A DNA stretch of 33,388 bases from Octopus bimaculoides. Its lineage: Eukaryota. Made by a program: the position numbers and the translations under genes. Shown here piece by piece: positions 1 through 10,086 of this stretch. The stretch's first letter is position 1, and each line of letters begins with the position of its first letter. The notes beneath the pieces were generated by a model. It was not told the origin of the DNA. It saw only the letters and a program-made list of their open reading frames with translations, and ran no database searches. Location: contig NC_068984.1 in assembly GCF_001194135.2 (NCBI RefSeq), positions 45,051,910 to 45,085,297 of the forward strand. The letters run 5' to 3'.

Positions 1-680
1 ATATATATATATATATATATACTTAAAATTATTTAAGCTTTTGGTATGTGTATGTACCCAGTAGTTAGCCGGTGAAGCAGGTTCACTGCCTATGACTCCT
101 TGACATCATCCGCGGTATTTTTACAATTGTCGCTGGAACTACCCCAGGAATTCCTCAGCGTCCCATTCTTGTCCAAGGGCTAAAATCTGCGATCACTAAC
201 AACATCATGTATTAAAACCGACCGAAATAGGGTTTATTTAACGAAATACCCCTTGAAAGGTCACCTGATGAGACACTTCTGCACTGAGCGATGCACCACA
301 ACCAGTTGTACAGTATCTTCGCCTGCGAGGGATTGATGTAATGTGGGTCGAAACGATCGCTAAGAGCAATAAATTTTCCCGTATGTTCCAATTTTTGTAA
401 CATCTGTTAAGGTCCCGGCTATGGATTAACTATCATGCGAACCGATGGGAGTGAAGGACCCCTATTTCTCGTTAGAACGTCCTTCTAGTAGAAGTTAAAC
501 ATCTATAAGATGTAAAGAAACGTCCGAAGTGCAGTGTTTCTGGTCCTCTCAACCTCTGATGTGCCACTGGTGTTCTGGCTGATTATGCTGAAAGGAGGTT
601 CAGCGCAGAGCGACACTTTATCTACTCAAAACAAATTTACTCATAGGAAGTTCTTGAACTCTCGAAATATTTGCACTAAC

Positions 681-711
<31 letters not shown>

Positions 712-768
712 CATGCCAACAGTTACTCTATCCAGATTACAAGTTCAGNNNNNNNNNNTAGGATCGCG

Positions 769-1158
769 GTTTCGATTCCCAGACCGGGCGTTGTGAGCGT
801 TTATTGAGGGAAAACACCTAAAACTCCACGAGGCTCCGGCAGGGGATAGTGGCGAACTCTGCTGTACTCTTTCACCACAACTTTCTCTCACTCTTACTTC
901 CTGTTTCTGTTGTGCCGGTAATTTAAAGGGTCAGCCTTGTCACACTGTGTCATGCTGAATANNNNNNNNNNGTTGTGCCGGTAATTTAAAGGGTCAGCCT
1001 TGTCACACTGTGTCATGCTGAATATCTCCGAGAACTACGTTAAGGGTACACGTGTCTGTGGAGTGCTCAGCCACTTGCACGTTAATTTCCCGAGAAGGCT
1101 GTTACCGTTGATCGGATCAACTGGAACCTTCGACGTTGTAAGCGACGGAGTGCCAACA
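769..1158 (+). mobile_element. tRNA-derived SINE, family A (probably RTE-mobilised), split by a small N gap
   Basis: B-box-like GGTTTCGATTCC at about 778-789. The body is the near reverse complement of 32981-33284. It ends in ...TAAGCGACGGAGTGCCAAC followed by a (TATG)n tail. Confidence 0.85.
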
Positions 1159-1235
1159 TGTATGTATGTATGTATGTATGTATGTATGTATGTATGTATG
1201 TATGTATGTATGTATGTATGAATGTATGCATGCAT
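1159..1235. repeat. (TATG)n microsatellite, tail of SINE A
   Basis: Direct inspection. Confidence 0.95.
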
Positions 1236-1491
1236 GTATGAAAATATATGACGTGGAAAGAAGTCGACCAGATAAAATGTAAAGAAAAAAAAAGAAAAGG
1301 AAAAGAAAAAAGCAATCTCTTCGTGAATGCTTTTTTAGGAGTTACAATCGCTCTTAATAAACAAGTATCACATGCTAAAAGCTAAGAGTTGACGTCTTCC
1401 TGGGAAGGACGGGAGCATTCCCGTTGAGTTTTCAACTTCAAAATAGGAAGAAAAAAAAAACACATATATGGATCAAATACAACTATACTTA

Positions 1492-1492
1492 G

Positions 1493-1544
<52 letters not shown>
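1492..1544. repeat. (TATC)n microsatellite
   Basis: Direct inspection. Confidence 0.95.
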
Positions 1545-1545
<1 letters not shown>

Positions 1546-1760
1546 CTCTTTTACTTGTCATTTGACTGCGGCCATGCTGGAGCACCGCCTTTAGTCGAGC
1601 AAATCGACCCCAGGACTTATTCTTTGTAAGCCTAGTACTTATTCTATCGGTCTCTTTTGCCGAACTTGTCGGTTCCTTTTAACGAACTGCTAAGTTTTTT
1701 TTTGTGGGAGTAAATTAACCAGCAACGGGTATCAAGCGGTGCTGGGGGAAAACATAAATA
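1546..1760 (-). mobile_element. tRNA-derived SINE, family C, 3' half
   Basis: TCATTTGACTGCGGCCATGCTGGAGCACCGCC...CCTAGTACTTATTCTATCGGTCTCTTTTGCCGAAC is the reverse complement of 31770-31930. Confidence 0.85.
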
Positions 1761-1909
1761 CTAAGACGCACACACGTAGCTACACACTTACATACATACG
1801 TACACACATGCACATATGCATGCACACATACATACACACACACACACACATATATATATGTATATATTCATACATACATATGTGCGTGTGTGTGTATTAT
1901 ATATATTGG

Positions 1910-2015
<106 letters not shown>

Positions 2016-2017
2016 TA

Positions 2018-2232
2018 CGAGGCGGGAGGTGTAAAGTTCCTGTCCTTAAGGGTGTTGCGAAATGCCTGGTTGGAGGCTCAACCTTCCGAGTTCTTGTACA
2101 GGGCTTAGCCAAACTAAAGGACCACTGCAATAAGTGTGTGAATACGAGAGGCGAATATGTTGAATGAAATGATAATTAACTGATCCTCGTGTATTTTTTT
2201 ACCCAAAGACAGCAACTTTTAGCAATTTCTCG
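2018..2232 (+). mobile_element. Internally deleted mariner (non-autonomous), TA-flanked
   Basis: TA on both sides (2016-2017 and 2233-2234). Imperfect TIRs: CGAG..AAAGTTCCTGTCCTT versus CGAG..AAAGTTGCTGTCTTT. The interior translates, with one frameshift, to AWLEAQPSEF…GLAKLKDHCNKCVNTRGEYVE*, a typical mariner transposase C-terminus. Confidence 0.8.
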
Positions 2233-2316
2233 TAAATATATATATATATATACATTAACATGCAGCCACTTGGCTGAAACACATAAATAAATAAATAAAT
2301 AAATATATATATGTAT

Positions 2317-2350
<34 letters not shown>

Positions 2351-3314
2351 GTATATATATATANNNNNNNNNNNNNNNNNNNNNNNNNNNNNNNNNNNNN
2401 NNNNNNNNNNNNNNNNNNNNNNNNNNNNNNNNNNNNNNNNNNNNNNNNNNNNNNNNNNNNNNNNNNNNNNNNNNNNNNNNNNNNNNNNNNNNNNNNNNNN
2501 NNNNNNNNNNNNNNNNNNNNNNNNNNNNNNNNNNNNNNNNNNNNNNNNNNNNNNNNNNNNNNNNNNNNNNNNNNNNNNNNNNNNNNNNNNNNNNNNNNNN
2601 NNNNNNNNNNNNNNNNNNNNNNNNNNNNNNNNNNNNNNNNNNNNNNNNNNNNNNNNNNNNNNNNNNNNNNNNNNNNNNNNNNNNNNNNNNNNNNNNNNNN
2701 NNNNNNNNNNNNNNNNNNNNNNNNNNNNNNNNNNNNNNNNNNNNNNNNNNNNNNNNNNNNNNNNNNNNNNNNNNNNNNNNNNNNNNNNNNNNNNNNNNNN
2801 NNNNNNNNNNNNNNNNNNNNNNNNNNNNNNNNNNNNNNNNNNNNNNNNNNNNNNNNNNNNNNNNNNNNNNNNNNNNNNNNNNNNNNNNNNNNNNNNNNNN
2901 NNNNNNNNNNNNNNNNNNNNNNNNNNNNNNNNNNNNNNNNNNNNNNNNNNNNNNNNNNNNNNNNNNNNNNNNNNNNNNNNNNNNNNNNNNNNNNNNNNNN
3001 NNNNNNNNNNNNNNNNNNNNNNNNNNNNNNNNNNNNNNNNNNNNNNNNNNNNNNNNNNNNNNNNNNNNNNNNNNNNNNNNNNNNNNNNNNNNNNNNNNNN
3101 NNNNNNNNNNNNNNNNNNNNNNNNNNNNNNNNNNNNNNNNNNNNNNNNNNNNNNNNNNNNNNNNNNNNNNNNNNNNNNNNNNNNNNNNNNNNNNNNNNNN
3201 NNNNNNNNNNNNNNNNNNNNNNNNNNNNNNNNNNNNNNNNNNNNNNNNNNNNNNNCTACTCAAAACAAATTTACTCATAGGAAGTTCTTGAACTCTCGAA
3301 ATATTTGCACTAAC

Positions 3315-3345
<31 letters not shown>

Positions 3346-3347
3346 CA

Positions 3348-3500
3348 TGCCAACAGTTACTCTATCCAGATTACAAGTTCAGGTTTATCTCTGTAATTAT
3401 TGGAGCACTGGGATATGTAATACACTGCCTAAAAAACGATCTTAAGAAACCTTCCAAAGCTTTATCATTTAAGTTCATATGGGGATGTCGTATACATACA

Positions 3501-3532
<32 letters not shown>

Positions 3533-3651
3533 AAAATATCCTGTTGTCGATGTTGAAATCCCAATGAAGGAGCCTTGGGTCTAGGTTAGAAACCGGGCTT
3601 TACTCCATTGGCAAGAAATCATGAAATAAAACTGAAAAGTGACATACATAC
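3348..3651 (+). mobile_element. R4/Dong-like RLE non-LTR retrotransposon 3' fragment (ORF end plus 3' UTR) with (CATA)n tail
   Basis: QQLLYPDYKFRFISVIIGALGYVIHCL resembles the post-RLE 'P(I/V)IIGALG' motif. Homologous pieces lie at 9683-9845 and 21191-21400. (CATA)n occurs 5', internally and 3'. Confidence 0.7.
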
Positions 3652-3661
3652 ATATTCTTTG

Positions 3662-3918
3662 CTTCTTCTAATTGTTTCAGTCATTTGAATGCAGCCATGC
3701 TGGTGCACCGCTTTGAAGGGTGTTTGTTGACCAATTCGCCCTTGCCCCCCCCCCCTTTTAATTCAAGTCTAATACTTATTCTATTGGTCCTTTCTGCCGA
3801 ACGCTAAGTTACGGGGACGTAAACACTGACACTTTTCCAAGGTTCCACGCAGTGAAACTGAACTTGGAACCATGTTGTTGGGAAGTAAGCTTCTTAGCAT
3901 ACAGACACTGCTATACGC
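3662..3918 (-). mobile_element. SINE family C with internal deletion
   Basis: The 3' half (to GGGGACGTAAACAC) joins directly to the head (GACACTTTTCCAAGGTTCCACGCAGTG...GGAACCATG). The middle section and internal microsatellite are missing. Confidence 0.8.
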
Positions 3919-4008
<90 letters not shown>

Positions 4009-4050
4009 GCATACATAAGTACGTACTTACATACGCACACACATACATAC

Positions 4051-4107
<57 letters not shown>
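3918..4107. repeat. Compound (GACA)n(GATA)n followed by (TG)n microsatellites
   Basis: Direct inspection. Confidence 0.9.
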
Positions 4108-4108
<1 letters not shown>

Positions 4109-4792
4109 AAGTATGCTTGGATGAATGTTCTTACATAGGCATATTCCCCCACCCATTTCTTTCTTTCTATACATATTTATTTTTAGCAATTGTATAGTCT
4201 GCTAGAAACGGCGAAAAGAATTTAAAGAGCAGCCGGAGGTTGTATTTCCTAAAAATAATTCCGGACGTATTACGTCGGATCCATCAATGACAATCCTTTT
4301 ACAGATCGAGGCCACTTACATCGTTATTCAGACTCTTGTCCAAATATAACAATAACACTACTTTCGTTAGTGTTACTGATCTTTTTTTTTTTTTTGTGGT
4401 GGTGGTGGTGATTTTAAACTCGTCTTACTTTCTATTATTTCTTTTCTTTAGCGAATCGTTCGCTCCAAACGGGAAATGTTTGTTGTTTAATATTCTTCTG
4501 ACAACGATCAGTTATATGAAATGTACACGAAGTACTTCATATAGACAAGACAAATAAATAAATTCACGAAATGTTTCCGCCATCTTCAGGGAAAAGGCAG
4601 AAGATAATAATATAAACTATACAACGTGATTATCATCATTTCTTTTTACCTCCATGTTCTTTGTTTTTCTTTCCTTCTTAGAATATAGGGAAAAAAATTA
4701 TTAACACGTCATGAGTAATGATTCTTAAAATATATACTTAATAACTTTATAATATCAGATATTTCCAGTTGATTTTACGCAAACCCTGTGTG

Positions 4793-4835
<43 letters not shown>

Positions 4836-5274
4836 NNNNNNNNNNTGTGTGTGTGTGTGTGTGTGTGTATGTGTGTGTGTGTGTGTGTGTGTTACAAATT
4901 AAAAGCAGCTTAATAGTGTAAAGAGTATTGGTCGCACATACATAGTGTATATGTTTTGTTTATTCATCAAATTTACAGAGGAGAGAGCTCCCTACATGAC
5001 ACCGAGTGTTAAAGAACACTTGATTGTCACAGACCGTTATAGTTGCTTATTAATACCATGTAGCTGGATCATCTCAAAACGAAATGAATCACTGGCCTGT
5101 GACTTATAATGCAGATCGAGTGAATTCTCTTTACTGATGCGCTGCGGTGCCGCACATGTAGGGAGCTTTACTGACTTGCGGAGTTACATTGAACTGTTGG
5201 TGTCGGATATAAGACGGATCGAGCTTGCAGTTGAGTTCATCAAGATGCCTGCTTCACAAGAAGACGAGCTGTAT

Positions 5275-5520
5275 AAAGAGCTGGCAGAAACCTTAGCAAG
5301 CCGGACAAAATGCTTAGTGGTATTTCGTCTGTTTCTACGGTCTGAGTTCAAATTCCGCCGAAGTCGACTTTGCCTTTCATCCTTTCGGAGTCGATAAATT
5401 AAGTACCAGTTGTGTACTGGGGTCGATCTAATCGACTGGCCTCCTTCCCAGAAATTTCGGGCCTTGTGCCTAGAGTAGAAAAGAATGATAATGATAATAA
5501 TAATAAAAAAATAATAATGA
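5275..5520 (+). mobile_element. tRNA-derived SINE, family B (CORE-like central block)
   Basis: A-box-like CTGGCAGAA and B-box GAGTTCAAATTCC, then GCCTTTCATCCTTTCGGAGTCGATAAATTAAGTACCAG and an (AAT)n tail. Homologous to six other copies in the window. The CORE assignment is from memory. Confidence 0.85.
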
Positions 5521-6111
5521 TTTCAAATTTTTGGCCCAAGGACAGAAATTTTGGAGAAAGGTGCAAGTCGATTACAATGAGTGCGTAGCATAGCACAAGT
5601 TAAGGTGTAGGGTGCGGGCCTATCAGAGCCGCGCGGGTAAAGTGCCGCAGTGCCGCATTCTTGAGTCAACTAAACGCACTTCCATAACAAGTAGACGGTC
5701 GCTTCGACGAGAGTACCTTTCAATGAAGGCTTCTAGCAAATTTGAGCTACCAAAATCAAAATACAAAAGACAAAAATAAAATGGCAAATCCATTACAAGA
5801 GAAAGTACGCTTAGAAATTTCATAGCAATGCCGCTGACAAGCGTAAGGAAAGAGATAATTGAAAAAAAAAGAAAAGAAAACAAAATACAATCACTGAAGC
5901 TGAACAGTATAAAAGAAGTAATCAGACACAGCGACTCCCAGCACGAGTATATAGGATCTTATTACCCCCAAACAAAGTATGACTATCATAACTGATCAAG
6001 ACCACCAGCGAAATAAAACGAGTATGAACACTCGCTGAGGTGAAACAACTGTGACAGATAAAGGTCAAGAGGAAATGAAACACAAATGCGCAGGATCGAA
6101 TCAACATAAAA

Positions 6112-6298
6112 AACGCCAACAGAATGATTTGCGATATTTCTTCCGGCTCTTTACGTTCTCGTCTCAGTCATCATTACTTTACGCCCTTAAGAGTTGATAA
6201 AAATACGGTATCAGACAAGTGCTACTATTGAGGACATTGACTGATCACCTCTCCTCAAAATTGCTGGCTTGTGACTAAATTAGAAACCATTATTATTA
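6112..6298 (+). mobile_element. SINE family B, old degenerate copy
   Basis: TTTACGTTCT...GTTGATAAAAATA...CCTCTCCTCAAAATTGCTGGC...TTAGAAACCATTATTATTA resembles 7740-7890. Confidence 0.5.
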
Positions 6299-6300
6299 CA

Positions 6301-6883
6301 GGTGCCCCATTTGCTGTCAACAACCGCTAAAGGGAGGGCTGGGCATGCCGTAGTTATTGATGCGAAGACATGCGCTGAGGCTGCGACACCTCCAGCGCAT
6401 CCTAGACGGTGATCAGGTGTGGTCGCCGTTTGTCAGATGCAATTTTCTAGTTTGTTCCTTTGACTGAACTGTAGTTCTGGATAAAACGTAGACCGAGGAA
6501 GGGTGCTCGGGACCTATAGTATCGTCAGGTGCTCACACTCCTCTATCAGTCAGGCAATGCGGTCAGTGGAAATTCCATCATGGCGTTCTATGGAGGGTTA
6601 GAGGCAGGTAAGGGCGGTGACGTTCTCGAGGAGACTGGGCGTCGACAAGAACGATTTGGCTGGTCTGTTCCGAAGAACTTTCGGGCCGGACCGGGGCCTA
6701 TGGATAATTTCCAGAAATCCTTGGTCTGGCAGTGCTATCGTGGTGGTGGTGGTGGTGGTGGTGGCATTGCCAGTTCGAGATAAGTTCTACAGGCACGGAA
6801 GTGTATTCAGTCGGGCTTGCACGAGATGCGCCCAGAGCGACGAAATTGTTCTACACGCTCTCGTCCAGTGCCCGAATATTTCT
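6301..6883 (+). mobile_element. L1/Tx1-clade LINE ORF2 C-terminal fragment (pseudogenised)
   Basis: PLKGGLGMP motif, then FQKSLVWQCYRG/ALPVRDKFYRHG and the zinc knuckle CTRCAQSDEIVLHALVQCP. Contains stops and frameshifts; runs into an N gap. Confidence 0.85.
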
Positions 6884-7645
6884 NNNNNNNNNNNNNNNNN
6901 NNNNNNNNNNNNNNNNNNNNNNNNNNNNNNNNNNNNNNNNNNNNNNNNNNNNNNNNNNNNNNNNNNNNNNNNNNNNNNNNNNNNNNNNNNNNNNNNNNNN
7001 NNNNNNNNNNNNNNNNNNNNNNNNNNNNNNNNNNNNNNNNNNNNNNNNNNNNNNNNNNNNNNNNNNNNNNNNNNNNNNNNNNNNNNNNNNNNNNNNNNNN
7101 NNNNNNNNNNNNNNNNNNNNNNNNNNNNNNNNNNNNNNNNNNNNNNNNNNNNNNNNNNNNNNNNNNNNNNNNNNNNNNNNNNNNNNNNNNNNNNNNNNNN
7201 NNNNNNNNNNNNNNNNNNNNNNNNNNNNNNNNNNNNNNNNNNNNNNNNNNNNNNNNNNNNNNNNNNNNNNNNNNNNNNNNNNNNNNNNNNNNNNNNNNNN
7301 NNNNNNNNNNNNNNNNNNNNNNNNNNNNNNNNNNNNNNNNNNNNNNNNNNNNNNNNNNNNNNNNNNNNNNNNNNNNNNNNNNNNNNNNNNNNNNNNNNNN
7401 NNNNNNNNNNNNNNNNNNNNNNNNNNNNNNNNNNNNNNNNNNNNNNNNNNNNNNNNNNNNNNNNNNNNNNNNNNNNNNNNNNNNNNNNNNNNNNNNNNNN
7501 NNNNNNNNNNNNNNNNNNNNNNNNNNNNNNNNNNNNNNNNNNNNNNNNNNNNNNNNNNNNNNNNNNNNNNNNNNNNNNNNNNNNNNNNNNNNNNNNNNNN
7601 NNNNNNNNNNNNNNNNNNNNNNNNNNNNNNNNNNNNNNNNNNNNN

Positions 7646-7689
<44 letters not shown>

Positions 7690-7690
<1 letters not shown>

Positions 7691-7890
7691 AGTGGCGAAC
7701 TGGCAGAACCGATAGCACATTGGACGAAATGCTTAACGGCATTTCGTCTTTATGTTCTGAGTTCCAATTCCGCCGAGGTCGACTTTGCCTTTCAGTATCG
7801 ATAAAATAACTATCAGTTGAGCACTGCGGTCGATGTAATCGACTTAACCTCTCCTCGGAATTGCTGGCCTTGCGCCAAAATTTGAAATTA
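7690..7890 (+). mobile_element. SINE family B
   Basis: GGCGAACTGGCAGAACCG...GAGTTCCAATTCCGCCGAGGTCGACTTTGCCTTTCA...GGTCGATGTAATCGACT; has a short internal deletion relative to 5275-5520. Confidence 0.85.
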
Positions 7891-8253
7891 TTATTGTAAT
7901 AGTAGTAGTAGTAGAAGTAGAGGGGAGGGTGTATCTGGGTTTTTTTTTCTTAAGGGTTGGTTAAGCACTTGAAGTGACATTAGTTTTTAATACCATCCAA
8001 TGATGACGTTGTCTAAGTGTTGCTAAAAGAATCCGCTTATGGAACTCCTTAATTTAACCTGCCAACCTCCATTCTCCTAAAATAGTATTGGAAAAACGGA
8101 CGCAAGTACTTGGCTGCTTTCCGGTTTCCTATGATGGTCATGGGAAAATATGTTCTATTATAGTATTTCATTGTAAATTAACAGTGTATATCCATGTATG
8201 TATGTATAATAAGACATACACACACACACTTACAAAAGCATTCACACACACAA

Positions 8254-8285
<32 letters not shown>

Positions 8286-8319
8286 GTATGTATGCATGTA
8301 CGTATATGTTAGTATGTAC

Positions 8320-8356
<37 letters not shown>

Positions 8357-8568
8357 NNNNNNNNNNNNNNNNNNNNNNNNNNNNNNNNNNNNNNNNNNNN
8401 NNNNNNNNNNNNNNNNNNNNNNNNNNNNNNNNNNNNNNNNNNNNNNNNNNNNNNNNNNNNNNNNNNNNNNNNNNNNNNNNNNNNNNNNNNNNNNNNNNNN
8501 NNNNNNNNNNNNNNNNNNNNNNNNNNNNNNNNNNNNNNNNNNNNNNNNNNNNNNNNNNNNNNNNNNNN

Positions 8569-8629
<61 letters not shown>

Positions 8630-8632
<3 letters not shown>

Positions 8633-9077
8633 TTATTCAAAATGAATTGGCATAGGCACTTACGCGATAACATCAACCAGTATTTTCTGGATTGACCACG
8701 CTGCGGTGAATGACCATCGATGGTACTCCTCTCACCTCTCCCTAGTCCTCCGATCTAATGATTTGCGACTTTTTCCTTTGGGGATTTCTAAAGCACAAGA
8801 TGTTCATACCCTCGCTTCCACGGGACATACATGATAAAAGACCACGGTTGACTCAGTAGATCAGGTTATGCTGGCACGGATGTAACAAGAACTAGACTAT
8901 CGCGGAGGTAGACGTCTTCTGTGTAGAAAAGGGCGCGCCTACATTGAACATCTGTGACTGTCAGTAGAAATCTGAAGAGTTAACTTTCCATGTTACATCT
9001 GTATTTTTGCAATATACTCATTACAACATTCACATGTATGTTTTCTTTTTGTACCAATCATTTTAAATTACTCTGAT
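8630..9077 (+). mobile_element. Tc1/mariner transposase 3' remnant
   Basis: P*SSDLMICDFFLWGFLKHK is a decayed WPxRSPDLxxCDFFLWG block, followed by DSVDQVMLARM*QELDYR…AYIEHL*. The putative right end is near 9077 and is uncertain. Confidence 0.8.
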
Positions 9078-9682
9078 TGAATCTTTGCGTCAACGTGTAC
9101 TTCCTTGCGACAATATAGCTTTTAATCTAATCAAGATATTCTTGATCTGAAGAGTAGCCGGCGGTATATACCTCAATTGGATTTTATCACTTCTGAGGTT
9201 CCACTCACTATGAAACAAATGTAGCCCGGATTTCCCATACTCCATTCCATAACTCTTGTATTCGTTTTCGCACACTCGGCAACACTTTTTGCCTACCGAG
9301 GAATATAAAAAGAACTTTTTTTCAGCTCAACCTTCTTTGATAAAAGGAAAATAAATCTGTAAACTTCCGTCTCAGTAAACCACCATTGTTCCTGAAAGTT
9401 ATTTTTTAATATTCACTGCGGATTGCTCGAAGCTAACTTTCTTCCTACACCTCGATCCCTGGATCTTATATATATATATATATATATCGAAAAAAAAAAA
9501 AAGGTGGCAGTCAGAATTTTGGATAATTCTTTATTAATAGCGCTTTCAGAATCCAGTTGCAATGAATACCTGGATATCCACAAACAAATACGCAGTTCCA
9601 CAGTCACAACAGACATATTTTACAAAAAACCAATATCTGTACACCACTTCAAACACTCCATACATACATACATACATATATA

Positions 9683-9845
9683 CCAGGTTTATACCTGTAA
9701 TTATCTGGGATATGTAACACACTGCTTAAATACCAAAAAGTTTCCAGAAGTTTGTCATTTAAACATATATGAGCATGTCTAGATATCCAGCTATATGCAT
9801 GAGAATACATACAAAAAACATACAAATCTGCACATAATATGTGCA
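9683..9845 (+). mobile_element. Same (CATA)n-associated R4-like family, deleted 3' fragment
   Basis: AGGTTTATACCTGTAATTAT--CTGGGATATGTAACACACTGC aligns to 3381-3430; TTATCATTTAA-like block aligns to about 3460-3475. Confidence 0.65.
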
Positions 9846-10043
9846 TACATACATTCATACATTGCTACGGTATAGAGAAAAATAAGCCATCCATCGGTAA
9901 ACCGGTGTTACAGGCTCAAAGGGTTAATATATACCTATTGTTTTAAGGGAATTTCATATTGAACCAGTATTGAACCAGTATTTCCTTGGATGCAACCATC
10001 CCTTCACGAGGTTAACATATTCCCCCCCTCTCTCTCTCTTTAT

Positions 10044-10086
<43 letters not shown>

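Noticed and set aside
1000-1315. ORFs rich in YIHT, MYVC, HTHT, CVCV, poly-N, poly-I or poly-Y throughout the window
   Set aside because: These are translations of (CATA)n, (CA)n and (TAA)n microsatellites.
2199-3533. Long ORFs of 290-390 aa here and at 6617-7809, 12316-13188, 13505-14080, 18856-19329 and 21948-22857
   Set aside because: They are open only because they run through N gaps (poly-X) and microsatellites.
4566-4592. Minus-strand CUGAAGAUGGCGGAAAC hammerhead-like string
   Set aside because: Stem II is essentially absent and there is no stem I or III.
5137-5274. ORF start MRCGAAHVGSFTDLRSYIELLVSDIRRIELAVEFIK…
   Set aside because: No recognised motif, and the ORF reads into a SINE B copy.
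9959-9982. Short 11-bp tandem duplications (TTGAACCAGTA; also TGGGGACTCTT near 18328-18349)
   Set aside because: Ordinary slippage duplications with no enclosed element.
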